From: Catajapyx aquilonaris
Lineage: Eukaryota
NCBI GenBank assembly: GCA_000934665.2
Contig: JYFJ02000552.1
Location: 62,001 to 123,178, forward strand
Direction: 5' to 3'
Length of the DNA stretch: 61,178 nt
Shown here: positions 26,882 to 39,865 of the stretch, one piece after another
How the letters are laid out: every line of letters begins with the position of its first letter
Position numbering within the stretch: position 1 is the first letter of the stretch
Notes under the pieces: model-generated
Databases searched by the model: none
Told to the model about the DNA's origin: nothing
What the model saw: only the letters and a program-made list of their open reading frames with translations
Position numbers and translations under genes: made by a program

Positions 26882-28135
26882 CTGTATACAGGCAAGTAGA
26901 ATCACTGGAAAAGAGACAAACTGCGCCATGAATTCGGTTCCGCTAGAAGCGACTACTCATCCCACAGTGATCGTGCACACGACTGATGTCATCTGACATT
27001 TTAGGGCACTTAAGACCAGCTTCATCGACCTATTAGCAGAGCCCATCACCAAGGGACTGCAACAAACGCCGAATATTGACACTGTCAGCAACGCACGCAA
27101 CACACTTCCTTCAAGAATATCATAATCATTTCCTGTTCCGGTCATAGCCGTTGCAATGGTGTACCACAGAAGGCAAGACTGGCAAGACGAGAGTTGGGCT
27201 CACCCCACAAGTCCCAGTGACCATGACAACTAAGGGACTTTGACCTCCGACTAGGGTCGATGTGACCCAATAACCTCAGCAGCCAAGCAGCAAAAAAATA
27301 AAAATAATACTGGCTTCGAATCACATCGGAGCAGCAGTTGTTCCAAACACTGTCCCCACGGAAACCAGAACGCAGCGTCACCACAGCAACGGTTGTGGGA
27401 AGGGTGTTTACATCAGAATGATCGTTCACAGAACATTGGTGAAAAGAACATGACAAAAGGTTACTAACAGTCACCGCACCTGCGGGCATCAACCTCAAAT
27501 GATCAACACAGCTGGGTCAGCAGCACTCTCCTTAGAAAACAAATTATTGAGACATTTTTTCCAGAATGTATTTGCCACTATTCCAGTCATTATTAATATT
27601 ATTATTATTACGACGACATTGTCATGACAAGACCTTGACCACAGTTGAAAGCATAAAGAAGCAACAACAGTACCTTTTTTATACATTGCGAGTGGTGGCA
27701 ATGCATTCAGTGACAGTGACAGTCCTGGAGAAATTGCGAATATATTGCTGGACCAAAAGTCCAAGGGCACCGCTTCCATCGGCTGCCACCAAACAAATGG
27801 ATAGAATCATTGGAATGTAAACAAACTCGGAATGCAGGTTGCCCCTGGAGATGGAAAAAAAATAATAAATCAACTTCGTCATGGGATACACACAGTTTCG
27901 TTGCTAAGAGAAATTTCTTGTTTTGCAGTTTGTAATTACCTTCAACAATGTAAGCTAATTAATCATGTTAGTTGGAATGATTTCTGGCTATCTGCTTGGT
28001 TGAGGCACGTGGCTCACTGGTTGATTCTGCGGTGTGGCATTCAGATGGCTGCCCAAAAAGGCAGTAGTTCAAAAGCAAGTAGCCTAGTAATTTAATCAAT
28101 GTACAGATGTCATGAACACTACAATGCTCCTTTAA

Positions 28136-30090
28136 TTACAGGAGAAAGAGTCCAACAAGCATGTTCAGAGCCATTATGAGGTAGTGGAGCACCGAGGAGG
28201 GCGTAGCGGTGCTGTTGGCAGGTTCCGGAACATTCAGTAGCTCCTTGACGGTCTCCCAGGTTCCGTTGTGGGGCTCGGGACTCAGGCCCAGCAGGTGCGT
28301 GTACAGCTGGTATATGTCCACCATGTGGATGGGAGGGTGGATCTCCCCCTTCTTGAAGTCTGGCCCAGAGGCGAAGAAGATGGACCTCATGTCCTCGTCA
28401 TCCGGGTCGTACCCGTGGGCTCCTCCCACCCTGACGACTTCGTCCCCAATAACCTCGTCTGGCAGGCTGGTGTCTATAAAATAACCCTCGTGGGCCACCA
28501 ACAGCACGTCCTTCACACGACGGCTATTCTTGTAGTGGTATCGCTCAGGGATGTCGTTCTTCATGTACACGTGCACTCCAGGCATCCTGGTCTTCAGCCC
28601 CTTGTACACCGTCTCCCTCTTTCCCGGCTGGGGAGTCACAATCACCCAGCCGCCACGGTGCAGGACACGCCTCACATCATCAGGGCGGATGTACTGATAC
28701 AAAGGTACGTACTTGACGCCAGAGTGGATGCCAGTGTGTTTCATACCATGGTCGGACAGCACAATTATGTTCACCTGAGGCCAATTGGGAGTTATTCTCA
28801 AATGGTGCAGAAGCATGCAGAGATGTGTATACTCTTATGTTTCAGAAGCAACCTACATCCTTGTCCAGCTTTGCTTTTTCCAACTTGTTCAGAAACCTCT
28901 CCAGAGCAGCATCTACGTCTCGTACAGCTTCCATGCACTCTGGGGACTCCGGACCATACGCATGCCCCATGGTGTCCACATGCCCAATGTATGACTGTTT
29001 AGGAGACATAACATGTAGGACCACACTATTCACTCCCTCCATTTAAAAAATACACCATAAGTGTGCCGCATCACACAACACTCACCATGACCAGGTCATA
29101 ACCAGCCTTCAGAGCTGCGAAAGATTTCCTCATGATCTCAGCGAAACCCCTTTCTCCTTCATTGCCCCCGTAGTCCTCACATTTCTGTGGCATAACTCCA
29201 TTAATCATCACATCGCATCTGAAAATATGACAAGTGGTATCACGTCAAGCATGTATCTTAATTTTCATGTAAATAATTATAAGCCCCTACATTGTTTTTG
29301 ACCAGATCATCATCATATTCATCACGGCTTTTCCAAAAAAAAAAACTGGGGTGCCAGCGGATAACTAGGAGGTCCTCGCTACCCTCGTACATGACCAATT
29401 ACAAAAAAAATCTGGAGACTGGTCAGGTACTAGCAGAAATAGGGGGATACAAAAAACTGCTGAACAAATATTGACCTGAACCACTGGAACAAGGCTACTT
29501 TTTTCCCAAGTCTGACGGCAGTGATCCAAATAGGTTCGACTTCAATCCACCAGCTTGACTTTTGAGTTTGGTTAGAGCCGTAGAGAGAGAAGCCCTTCTT
29601 CTGATGCTTCGCATCAAATGAGACGTCGCCTATGGCGTTGTGACTTTCTGCATACAAACCTGCACAAACCAAGAAGCAAATCCCTCTGATATGAACTACT
29701 TCACATGACCTTTGCATAGTTACTAATGAACTTCAGTTAACCCCTATGAGCGGCATGTACCTGTACTGAGAGTAGTCCATGACGGATGTGACGTGGTTGG
29801 AAAAATTGGCTGCACCCACTGAGCTTTCACTCCATTTTCCAGCAGCTTATCGAAACCATACAACTCTCCATCCTGGAGGGCTGTGTAATCCCAGCGGAAG
29901 CTTGTCGGAAAAAAAAAAGCAAAGGAGATAAGCTACCATTGTCAACATTATTATAACATGATCCATAGAAATGAGATAATAATTACCCATCGATCAAAAG
30001 GACAAAGAGCTTGTGATTTTTCTTGCGTTGCTGTTTGGTGACGCAAGTGCTCAGAGTCAGAAGGAGTGTAAAGCTTAGCAGCAGCTTCAT
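28136..30090 (-). CDS. ENPP6: Ectonucleotide pyrophosphatase/phosphodiesterase, ENPP6-like, predicted GPI-anchored; 6 coding exons
   Basis: Exons 30090-29987, 29900-29761, 29659-29476, 29218-29086, 28994-28857, 28774-28136 splice in frame. Signal peptide, LIDGFRWDY, FPTTSHPSWTTLSTG, EPIWITA, DTMGHAYGP, LSDHGM, GAHGYD, hydrophobic C-terminal tail. Family is secure; the ENPP6 subfamily is inferred from the Ser nucleophile and tail. Confidence 0.85.
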
Positions 30091-31164
30091 TGCCTGAAAT
30101 ACACATTTTATTGTAAATGTCCGCGACTACATGAATTTACTGCAGATAGCAAGAGTCTACAATTCAAACGTTTCTCTGCTCGAACATGACCCAGAAATTA
30201 TTAGTATGGCTAGATGTTTCCATTACACCTACTACCAAATATTGTATATACCCATACCTACTTGTGCAATTACATCGCAGCTTCAGCCATAACATTAAAT
30301 ATGCGTCGGGGGCACTTCAATGATAAGAGCACAGAAAACTGTGATGTCCAGGGCACATATCAGCAGGTGTAAAGCACAGGTAGGCCTCAGATGTCATATT
30401 GTTATGTTCATAATAATTATTCTGAGCAACAATGTGATCACCCTGGCCACACAACAAACTCAGAGTTGCCAGTTCCCAAATACTCTCTTCCTATTGCCAC
30501 AGAAGTCCTGATTATGACGTCAGTTCACTCCAACTGAAATCTAAAATGTGGTCCAGTCAGTACTGAGAAATTGCGAAGACATGCGACATACATATCTCAT
30601 GAGTATGCGTCGCTTCAAATGCCTGAATTTCCTATTCCACATCTGAAAACAAGTCCACGTCACAAAATAAAACATGATATGGATTTACTTTTATTGATTA
30701 AAAATGTTCAGGAAAGTCTGAGGCATTCTCCCTTCACTAATAAACAAACACAATCAATTTACACATTGATTTCCTACAACCACATGCTCCTCTAAAATCA
30801 TATCTTTTGATTTCCTACTTTAAGGACACGCATATTAAAAGCTTGATGTGCCATACCCAAACCTGAGACATTTATCTCTTCCTCCATCATCTCAACGACC
30901 CGAACACAAACGTTTTCAAAATTCCATGACCGTCCATAAGCCTCAAAGTGCTATTATTATAATAATATAAATACATCATGGTAATTTATCTTTAATTAAT
31001 ACGTAGGTATAATAAATTATGACAACCACACTGTGTGAGATCAGTCCTCACTGGACTGGGTTTAAATGCAGTAGATTGTAAGTGAATATTACTAAGAGAA
31101 CCCTCTATGATGTACACCAAATAAATTCAGGTGCAATAAATTATTTGAAAACTCCTGCCCATCT

Positions 31165-31318
31165 TAAGGCCAAAACACAAAAAGATTTTGCGGCAGCGTC
31201 AAGCGGCAAACGCGTGCCCCGCCAATTATTATTAATTATTGGCAATAATATGACCCGCGACAAATATGCCGCAACGCGCACCGTTTGCCACGCGATTTTT
31301 TTTTGTGAAATGGCCTTT
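31165..31318. mobile_element. Degraded Harbinger-like MITE
   Basis: Ends AAGGCCAAAACACAAAAA ... TTTTTGTGAAATGGCCTT, with internal inverted GCGGCAAACGCGTG / CGCACCGTTTGCC. Confidence 0.4.
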
Positions 31319-32221
31319 AGTGTTACAGAATTTTGTCCCATGCAATAGAGCGTGTTGTGTATATTTCCAGAACCCTATTTGTGCATAAACTAGAAATAAG
31401 TAGCGGTGGGCGGAGAGGGGCAAAGTATTCCCAGAACAAAACGCACACTCATGGTCAGCCTTTATCAGTATCTGGGAGGGATTGTGCATACTGCAGTGTC
31501 TATTCAAATTCTAGTTTTTGTAATATATTGGCAGCTCTATAGCATTAGCCTTCAGATGTGACATACAAATATATCGCAATATTGTTAGGCATGATTTAAG
31601 TTAGAAACCTTACCCTACTTTCCCCGCAATACAGGGTGTCCCAACTGACAAATCCATTTCAGGTCAGGGAGCTGCTTATTTCAAGTAGTTAATTTCACAG
31701 TTATTTTTTAAATGTTAGCTGCCACTATAAGGCTAATAGACCTACTTTTAAAGCATTGTGTGGTAGGGGTTTAGCCTCCAAAAAAATGCAAACTACAAAT
31801 GACTTCAAACGAGTCATTTGCATTGCCTTGGACAATTAGGATGGCACAGTGGCACAGCTGTTTATGCCACCGGAGGTCTTGAGTTCAATCCGCAGGTCAG
31901 GTGGATCAGGTTTCTCTTATGGTAACAATTTTGATGGGTTCAAAGTAACAGGAATGCAAAAAAAATTACTACCCAAAATAAACTTGTCAATCGGAACACA
32001 CTGCTTTTACATTTCATTTGAACTAATGGAATTTAGCCTGGTGTGCATGATCAATAGTAAACCACGAACATAGTCGATCGTTGCTATTCATTGTTCAAAA
32101 TATTATTACTAACAATGAATAACAATGAATGACTTGTCCTGGATTTACTATTGATCATGCTCCCCAGCATTAGTGAGGGTCTTTTGCTGTCAAGCAGTTA
32201 AAAAATATTGTTGCACATACT

Positions 32222-33308
32222 TCAGTCATCATCATCACTGACAAAGTCTGTGATGACCTGCATTAGCTTGACCTGGCAGGCAGACCTTTTCTTCCTAGGC
32301 ATCTTGCGAAGAGAAGCTGCCAGGCTTCGACAAAACAGATTGCACTCATCCTCATCCACGGACTTTGCGCCCGCCTCCATTTCAGTCCCTTCTCCCTCCA
32401 ATTGAATCCTCCTCTTTTTGATGCCACTGGACACAGGTTCACAACGGGACGAAGCTTCAGAACTCTCCTCATTGCAGGTCAGAGGTGGGCTTGCCAGAGG
32501 ATCAGATATGATCTCCATTTCCTCTTCCCTAGTGATGATTGATGGCTGGGTGTCCACTTCCTTGGCTGATGCTGACGCTGACTCAGGAGTGCAGAGGACG
32601 AAGCCCCTCCTTTGCACGAACAGGAGAAACACAGTTGAAAATATAACAAACAAGCAAAATCAGTTGCAGCAGAAACTGCGAGTTAATATCTCCAAGAAAA
32701 ACCATCAGTATTTTAGAAATCAAAGTTCACAAATAAAACATGCTCATTGTCATCTACGGTAATCAAAGAAAAGTGGTCAGAGTACCTTCTGACAGTTGCA
32801 GTTCCCTCAAGAAATTGCAATGCATCATAGTACGGCCATCTCGATTCATATGAATCAAAGCTGTTGACTTTCTTCAGTTCCTTCAAGTACGTATCACGAA
32901 GATTCTTGAAGCGGGTTTTCAGATCAAGAACTGAAAATGAAGTTAGCAATGTATTTTATATCATGGAAAGTTTGCCAAATTGTGTAAGTCGCTTCATATT
33001 TGGTAGGCAACAATTCAGATGTGTACCTATTAATAGTAGCAGGGGCAATCGCTTTTAAACATTTTTTTCGGTTAATATTTATGCCATCTGAAGAGATCCC
33101 AGCAGAGTTAAAATTGTCTTTATTATTTTTTTTTAAATTAATTCTCACCACTGCATCCCATCTCCGTGCCAATTTCGTCCCAAAGCACCCCAACCAGATG
33201 GTGGTTCCTGTGCTTCCTTATCTTAGTGTTCCAAATGGCCTCCCTGCCTTTCACCAATTCGATCAGTCGCTCAGACTGAACCGCATGCGCCTGACGCAAG
33301 GACCACAT
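32222..33308 (-). CDS. MADF-BESS (Adf-1-like) transcription factor; 3 coding exons
   Basis: Exons 33308-33149, 32930-32786, 32609-32222. MADF domain: LIELVKGREAIWNTK..LWDEIGTEMG..LKTRFKNLRDTYLKELKK..SRWPYYDALQFL. C-terminal BESS-like motif: DECNLFCRSLAASLRKMPRKKRSACQVKLMQVI. Confidence 0.88.
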
Positions 33309-34263
33309 CCTCAACTCTGATCAATCACAACCAGCACCCTTTAATTCTGATCAGATTATACGAATGCCTGCAAAAAAGTGCACCCAAAATAAATGGGGAT
33401 TATTCTCAAAAAGTGTCTTCATTTCTGTTGTGTTTACAGTGCTTGTCCAGTTCCTTCTGGGCGCCACTCAGCATCCAGTCGTGATCTGGACCATCCTGTA
33501 TGGCCTGCTGGTGGCAGTGGGTCGGACGGACTGGCTCTCAGAGCGACCTGAACCAACGCCCATCGAAGAAACCGCAAACTGCAACAAAGCAAAGCCACAA
33601 CAAGCCAAACGCCATCTTGGATCGAGGCGCATTCGGATCGCTGAATCCACATCCGGGCAAAATCTTAACGATGCATTAATTAGCAATTATCAACAAATTA
33701 ATTATGAACCTATCAAGTAATCAGTACGAATAATATAATCAGATTTATTTAAAAAATTTCATATCTCACTATCGGTAGATGAACAAAACACGATCGGTGC
33801 AGCGCTGGCGTCGCAGGCGTCGCGGCGCTTCTATTTATTCGAACAATTCTATTCGAATATTTCGTCGCAGCAGTTGACACCTCCTAGGAACCAGTTTGTG
33901 TGTCTGTATCGGACAAATTGCAGGTAATGTATTCCTCTAGATTGTAATGATAACGTGCAGAGTTCAGGGTCACCTCTGGCTTCGTCTCGGGTGGTATTTC
34001 CTACAGACTAAACCACCCGGGGGAGTTCACTAAAAATGGCCACATAAAAGACATATTGCACTGCACCTTGCACATCCCCTCCTGTCATCCTGCCCGTGGG
34101 CCCGGGCGCTTCAATAATTAGATTCCAAATATGTACATCGTACAAATAAAGGTCCGTGCTACATGCCGAGAAGGCCAAGCACTACCCGGATACTATAAGA
34201 ATGATAAATGATCCACATTTAAAAAGAACTGCATAAAATTGGTTCCAACAGTACAATAGAGCC

Positions 34264-37200
34264 ATGGGAGACGACGTGGATCCATCGACAATAAAGAAGA
34301 CTCAGGCCATCCTAGGGAAGTTTGTGAAGAGGCCGGTTATGTCAGAGAAGCTTCTCAAGAGGCCTCCGTTTCGCTTCCTTTTTGATGTCATCTGCACGGT
34401 TTGTCAAAAAAAAAAAATGCTTGTTTATCTTAGTTTGGTTATCGTTGAATTTCTATGTATATGGATTTTTGGGCAGGTGATCAAAGACACTGGATACTTG
34501 GAGGGGTTGTTCAAACCTGCTGATCTCAAGCCGGAAGCCTACAATGAGAAGGAAACTAGGATCTTCTTTCTGCAGAGGGTCATTGAAGCTGTTCGTAAGT
34601 GCATGCTCACGTATGGTAATAATCCGTTTAACCCTGGAACCGTGCCGTGCCTACGAGTATTACGGCAACCATGCCATGGGGTCTTTTCGAAGCACCCCAT
34701 TTTTTAATTTCTATTAATTATTATATAGTGCTTTTCAATGTATTGACTATATGCAATCATTCTTTGAACAATGCCTAAAATGATCGCTAATTCAAAATAA
34801 ACATGCACTTCCTGTTATATACTGTAAAAAAAATGGCAAGAGTTCATTGTAATGATCATTTTAATGCATTTTATTCCCTGGGGACGTGCTGTGGGGGGTA
34901 CTTCTACCATCAGCACGTTTACCTATTTCAGTAATAATGTGTTTTATTCCAGGAATGAGCACAGGTGAACATCTCACCATAACCCCTGGGAAGATCCTGG
35001 CAGGTCAAGAAGTTGCAAAGACCCACAAGTTGCTTCAGTGCATAGGTCACGCCTTAGAAAGCAAGGTCAGTCAAAATAATCATGTCGTGTAGACATTGTA
35101 TTCATGATAGTATAACAACTACACACAGGTGAGCAGCGATAATGCTGTAATGCACGTGGTGAAAATGGTGACTGGACCTTACACTGCCAAGAAAAAAGCA
35201 GAGCCTACAAAGAAGTCCCAGGTCAGATAATCTTTATGCATCTCGTACAATGCTAATGTCATTATTCTGCATTATGTTGCTGATATATCCCAGCTCTCTA
35301 CGATGCAAGTTTTATCCACACTTATAGCCTACCTATGTTCATGCTGGTACAGTACTTGCTGCGTAAGTGTGCAGTCGATTGTGGGAGCATAATATTTTAT
35401 GTCTAACTGTGGAAAGTTGCATGAAGTTAAATAATTATTGTGATTTTGGTCAAACAGAACTTGGTGGCCACACTTGCCCAGATTGACACCCCCCCATAAC
35501 AGGTTGCAATTTTAAACTCCCCAGTATGTTGGAGAGAAAATGAGCAGCAAGCATTACTTGGCTGATGAATATGCACGAAAGATGGTACAAGCTAAGGTTC
35601 AAACTAAAAGGACTGAGATGAGCAGAACAGTGGCAAGTCGGCAGAAAGATGACGCCAAAGACCCACCAGTACGAGTTGCATCCCGGCAGCACATAGAAAC
35701 TCCCCTTTCCAACCTCATCAAAGCAAGTGCTAAAATTGAGGCACAGGCGTCATCTAAAGTTAGCAAGCATCCCTATGAATACGCTACCAATAAGAGTGCT
35801 CCATCAAAGATCACGGACAGGTCAGTTGTGCGAGATAAGTGCTACAAGGTGCATTCCTACTCTGCAATTTTGCTATTGCATCATTTGGACGGGCACAACA
35901 TACACATGAAGTGTTCATTTCTGTGCCACCCTTGACCTGATGCACTCCAAAAATATGCAAAATCTTCCTGTAGGCCACCAAAAGAGGAACTAGGAGCAAC
36001 CATCCCACCACCAATAAGAAGTAAGCATGAAGTTCGAAGGAAGGAAATCCGGTCAAAAGTTACACCAAAAGGTACACCAAACGTCACACCGCAAAGGACA
36101 CCAAAAGTGACTCCACAAGCGAGTGAGACAGAGGAATCAGAAAATGAATCTGTGAGAGTTGCAAGTGCCTTCAGCTCACGTATCAAGACAGTCAAAGAAA
36201 AAGGGGAACCCAAAGTAGGTTACTGCGTATTTGGAAATAAATGTGGTTGCATGAAATGATCAAGTGAAATTGTAAGACATTGCCTAAGAGTTAGAAACTA
36301 TTTAATCTCAATTATTTCAGTTCCAGGTAGCGCCACCTGCTTGGGCAAAAAAGACGATTCTGCAGCACTCACAAATAAATCAGTCGGGTAGGAATGCACT
36401 TCAAATATTATGCTAAGGGTCACTTACAACAGCAACAGCAAAGAAAGATGTGGTCATGACCTATAGTCCTTTTACTGGTTGTTATTATTTGGTATCGCCA
36501 GCTCTTGGTATAGCCAAACTAAAGACACTGTCTGACCATCGTCTGATTGATGTTTGGGAAATTATACTCATGGGCCAAGTCCTTGTCCAGGGCATATAAC
36601 TACAGTATAGTTATAAGCAAGCAGCTAATGTTAGGCTTGACCATCACGTCTAGTATAATTTCTTGCATATCCTTAGGCACAACTGAAAAGGAGAGTTTTG
36701 ATGCCATTATCCCAGCCGAAGACATGGCAGGTAAGCTGTTTCAGAAGGACTCTGATGGGTGAGTTATAATTATTACAATATTATTTTCTGCTTCCAGACC
36801 ATGATGCCGCAATACATGATCCTTCATTTGGCCTTGTTTTGACCGAAGAGTTCAGCAACAGATTCCCACATAAGAGATCTCCCAGGAGATCTGTAAAGAG
36901 GCCACCTAGTGCAAGGCCTGCAGCGCCTCGACTTCGAAAGGAAATTCCTATTGAGACAATAAGGTGTTGAAATAATGATCAGTTATCTCTCAAGCTGAAT
37001 TTCTAACAGCTTTGCATTACTTGGCAGGGAGGAAAAGGGCAACCCACCTCTAGGATTTTTTGCCTCAGACAACGAGGATGAAACTGATGCTGAGTACCTT
37101 GTACAGGAAGCTCCCAATCCACCTGTTGAAAAGAAGCCAAGTGTTAGTAAGGTATGTTGCACACAGCTTATTCGACTGAGTGCCATCAGTGCATAAAAAT

Positions 37201-37959
37201 CAGTCATGGTATGCTAACAGCTGCTGGCCTTTATTCCAATTAGCTCTTCAAAGACGTTGATGACGTTGACCTCTCAAACGGACAGCATGGCCATTTAGTT
37301 CAACAAATTGTGGAATCGCAGCAGAAAATTGAAGGCAAAGAGTCCAAGAAGAAGACAGAAGTAGGTGACTGAAAACGTGTACCTTGTAGCGCACTTTACT
37401 TCCAAACTAATAAGTCTGTGATGTGTGTACAGGAGGACAAAGGGAAGATTCATGGCAAAGATTGCCCTATGAAGGGTTATGATTGTCTGAGGAAAAAAAT
37501 TCAAATCCTGGCTCAAAATGCATATCCTTTGGCCAAACTGATGGACTTCTTGAATGAGGACGTAGATTCAATGCAGGCTGAGCTGAAGACTTGGAAGGAT
37601 ATGAACAGGGAATGCCATTACAAGATTATGGAAGAGAAAGGGTTTGTTCTGCAGGAAATAAATAAATATAAAAAAAATAACTTCGCTATTAGGGAGTACA
37701 TGCACCGAGCTTAAGAATAGCCTCTTTTAGTTTAATACCATCCTAAAGCAATATTGTTCTTTCGTGTTACAGCAAGACAGAGACTATCCTTGTTCCAATG
37801 CAACGGCAACTGGAGCAGTTGGATGAAGCAATTGAAGAAGAAAGGACAAAAATAAGAGTGGCAAAGCTCAACATTAAAAAAAAGGACCACAGGCTCAAGG
37901 TGATGATGACTAATGGTAAGTCATATCTAAGGTTTTGTACCAGATTAATTGCTCTTTAG
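34264..37959 (+). CDS. TRAF3IP1: TRAF3-interacting protein 1 / IFT54 (MIP-T3); ~13 exons
   Basis: N-terminal CH-like domain KTQAILGKFVKRP.MSEKLLKRPPFRFLFDVI and KILAGQEVAKTHKLLQ; conserved RPPSARPAAPR, HGHLVQQIVE and IQILAQNAYPLAKLMDFLNEDVDSMQAEL. Exons approx 34264-34398, 34477-34594, 34953-35065, 35129-35221, 35525-35820, 35974-36214, 36321-36387, 36677-36730, 36798-36963, 37028-37151, 37243-37359, 37433-37641, 37773-37959. The 3' end is uncertain (donor at 37916). Confidence 0.88.
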
Positions 37960-39865
37960 CACATATGCAATCCATGCTATCATGAGATTAAGATCAGACT
38001 TTTCCTGAACCACGCCACATAATATGGCAGAAAAGTACTGCGTTGAAATATATTCACTGATGGGAGACCTGCCGGGCTCTTTCCCCATATAGCCAGATAG
38101 CCACAGTTGCTTTGGTTCCTTCCCATTCAAACAAGAGCTAGTAGTGGAAAAAAATGAGTTCACTGACTGTGTTTTCAAATATAGTGTGCCGGCAGAGCCT
38201 CTCCCTGTCACACTACCAAAGTGTGCCTCTGAAGAAGACACATAACCAATTGAGCCTCACACAAGTCAGCACCTGTACTGAGAAGTTCGCCACGACCAGA
38301 AAAGTGACCCAAGAAGAGTCCATGTCCAAATCTCGCTCATTCAAGCCTGTCCTGCGGAAGAAACCCATGACACCAAGCACTGACAGTTCCAGCTCCAGCC
38401 AGTCAGGGTCTGCGATATCGGTTGAGGACCCCTATGCATCCTCAAGCGACTCTTCAAAGCCAGTTCGCAAAAGCGCTCAATAGTGTTTTGAAGCAGGAGG
38501 GAGCAGGGAAGGCATTAAGAAGACCAATTCCAAATGCAAAATCTCCCTCATTTACCTGGGGAAATGACTCCCAGACCAGATAAGACCAACCTGCAAGTCT
38601 TTGGCAGGAGGGACCCACTAGAACTGTCACATGGTCCATGAATGATTGCGCAGAAGTGGAAGATGCAGTGCTTCCTCTTCCAAGGAGTCGCACAAAATAA
38701 TGTCAATGAGAGCCATCTGAATGTATGCTGTCTTCCCTATGTTTTGGTTGGACTCCTCAGCAATAAATATATGTTGCATATTACTTTGCTGCAAGTGTTC
38801 AGGTCAGCTATGCAGTTGAAAAGAAGCAAAGAAATTCAGTAATTTCTTGGGGGCAAATGTTTGCACAAGTGCTACATTTGAAAATTCTGCATGATGATTT
38901 TTCCTATGTATAAACCTTTATTTCCATAATTAGTGGTTGCACAAAGCATAGATTATGCAAATATTGTGCAACTCACTTCAGATGGCACATGTTGTAAAAG
39001 AAGTGAATGAAGGTCCATTAATTTTGCAAATTCTTGGAAACATGGTGTGTTCTTCTAAATTCCCATATCGTCAAGTGAAGTCTTCCAGTTGTAAGGAATG
39101 GTTGAGCTGCTTTTCATTTTTAAAAGCATAGTGAACTTTCCTCATGTCTAATAATACTCCCAAGAACACAGTAGAAGCAATATCATTCAAGATCAAGTGC
39201 AAAGTAACTTTCAAGCACACATTGCAAGGCTAGAGTTTCCAAGTGACAGTCATGAGTACATATGTTACCTAATGAATATACGCACTTGGAAAGCATTGCA
39301 GACATCGCTTGCATGCAAATTATTGGAAGCAATCATTACTTAAAACTTTGATGTTAGCTGGACCCTAATTTCGCGGATTGAAAAGTTTTGTAATGTAATT
39401 TTCATTACGTACATCACAGCACGAATCATAGTGCTCAACAGGTACTGCTTATGTTTCATACCTACAACAGATCACAACTCAATTGTATTTCCTCATCGCA
39501 GGATTAGCAGACACAACCTATCGCTGTGGTAAGTGTCAGTACTTCATTCATCATGTTGCTTCATTGAGACAGAGTTGGGCCTCGTACCTGTACATGCTGC
39601 AGAATATACACTTTTATATGCACAGACTAGGTCCGACTTACTGGATTACCACATTGGCACACTCCATTATCCTCAATTATAAATTACAATGCATCCTGGG
39701 CAAGATTATGAGAACTATCGCAAGCCATGGCTAATATACCCTACTGCGTGGTCCAGAAAATTAGCCTCATCAATATCGGAACTTTCCTGGGAGAAGGAAA
39801 GGCGGCGAAATGGCTCAAAAATTGTGCATCGTCTGCCTGCAACTCAGAAGACTCTGAAGAGCAAG

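Noticed and set aside
26957..27500. Possible CR1/L2 LINE ORF1/endonuclease remnant on the minus strand
   Set aside because: Only a weak IFGVC..P motif; catalytic motifs could not be recovered.
28268..29002. 244-aa plus-strand ORF
   Set aside because: Antisense shadow of the GC3-rich ENPP exons. The same applies to the ORFs overlapping the IR, VPS33A and zinc-finger genes.
33364..33720. 118-aa ORF with hydrophobic N-terminus
   Set aside because: No recognisable domain; it overlaps the probable minus-strand first exon/intron of the MADF-BESS gene (YY1 motif at 33610-33619).
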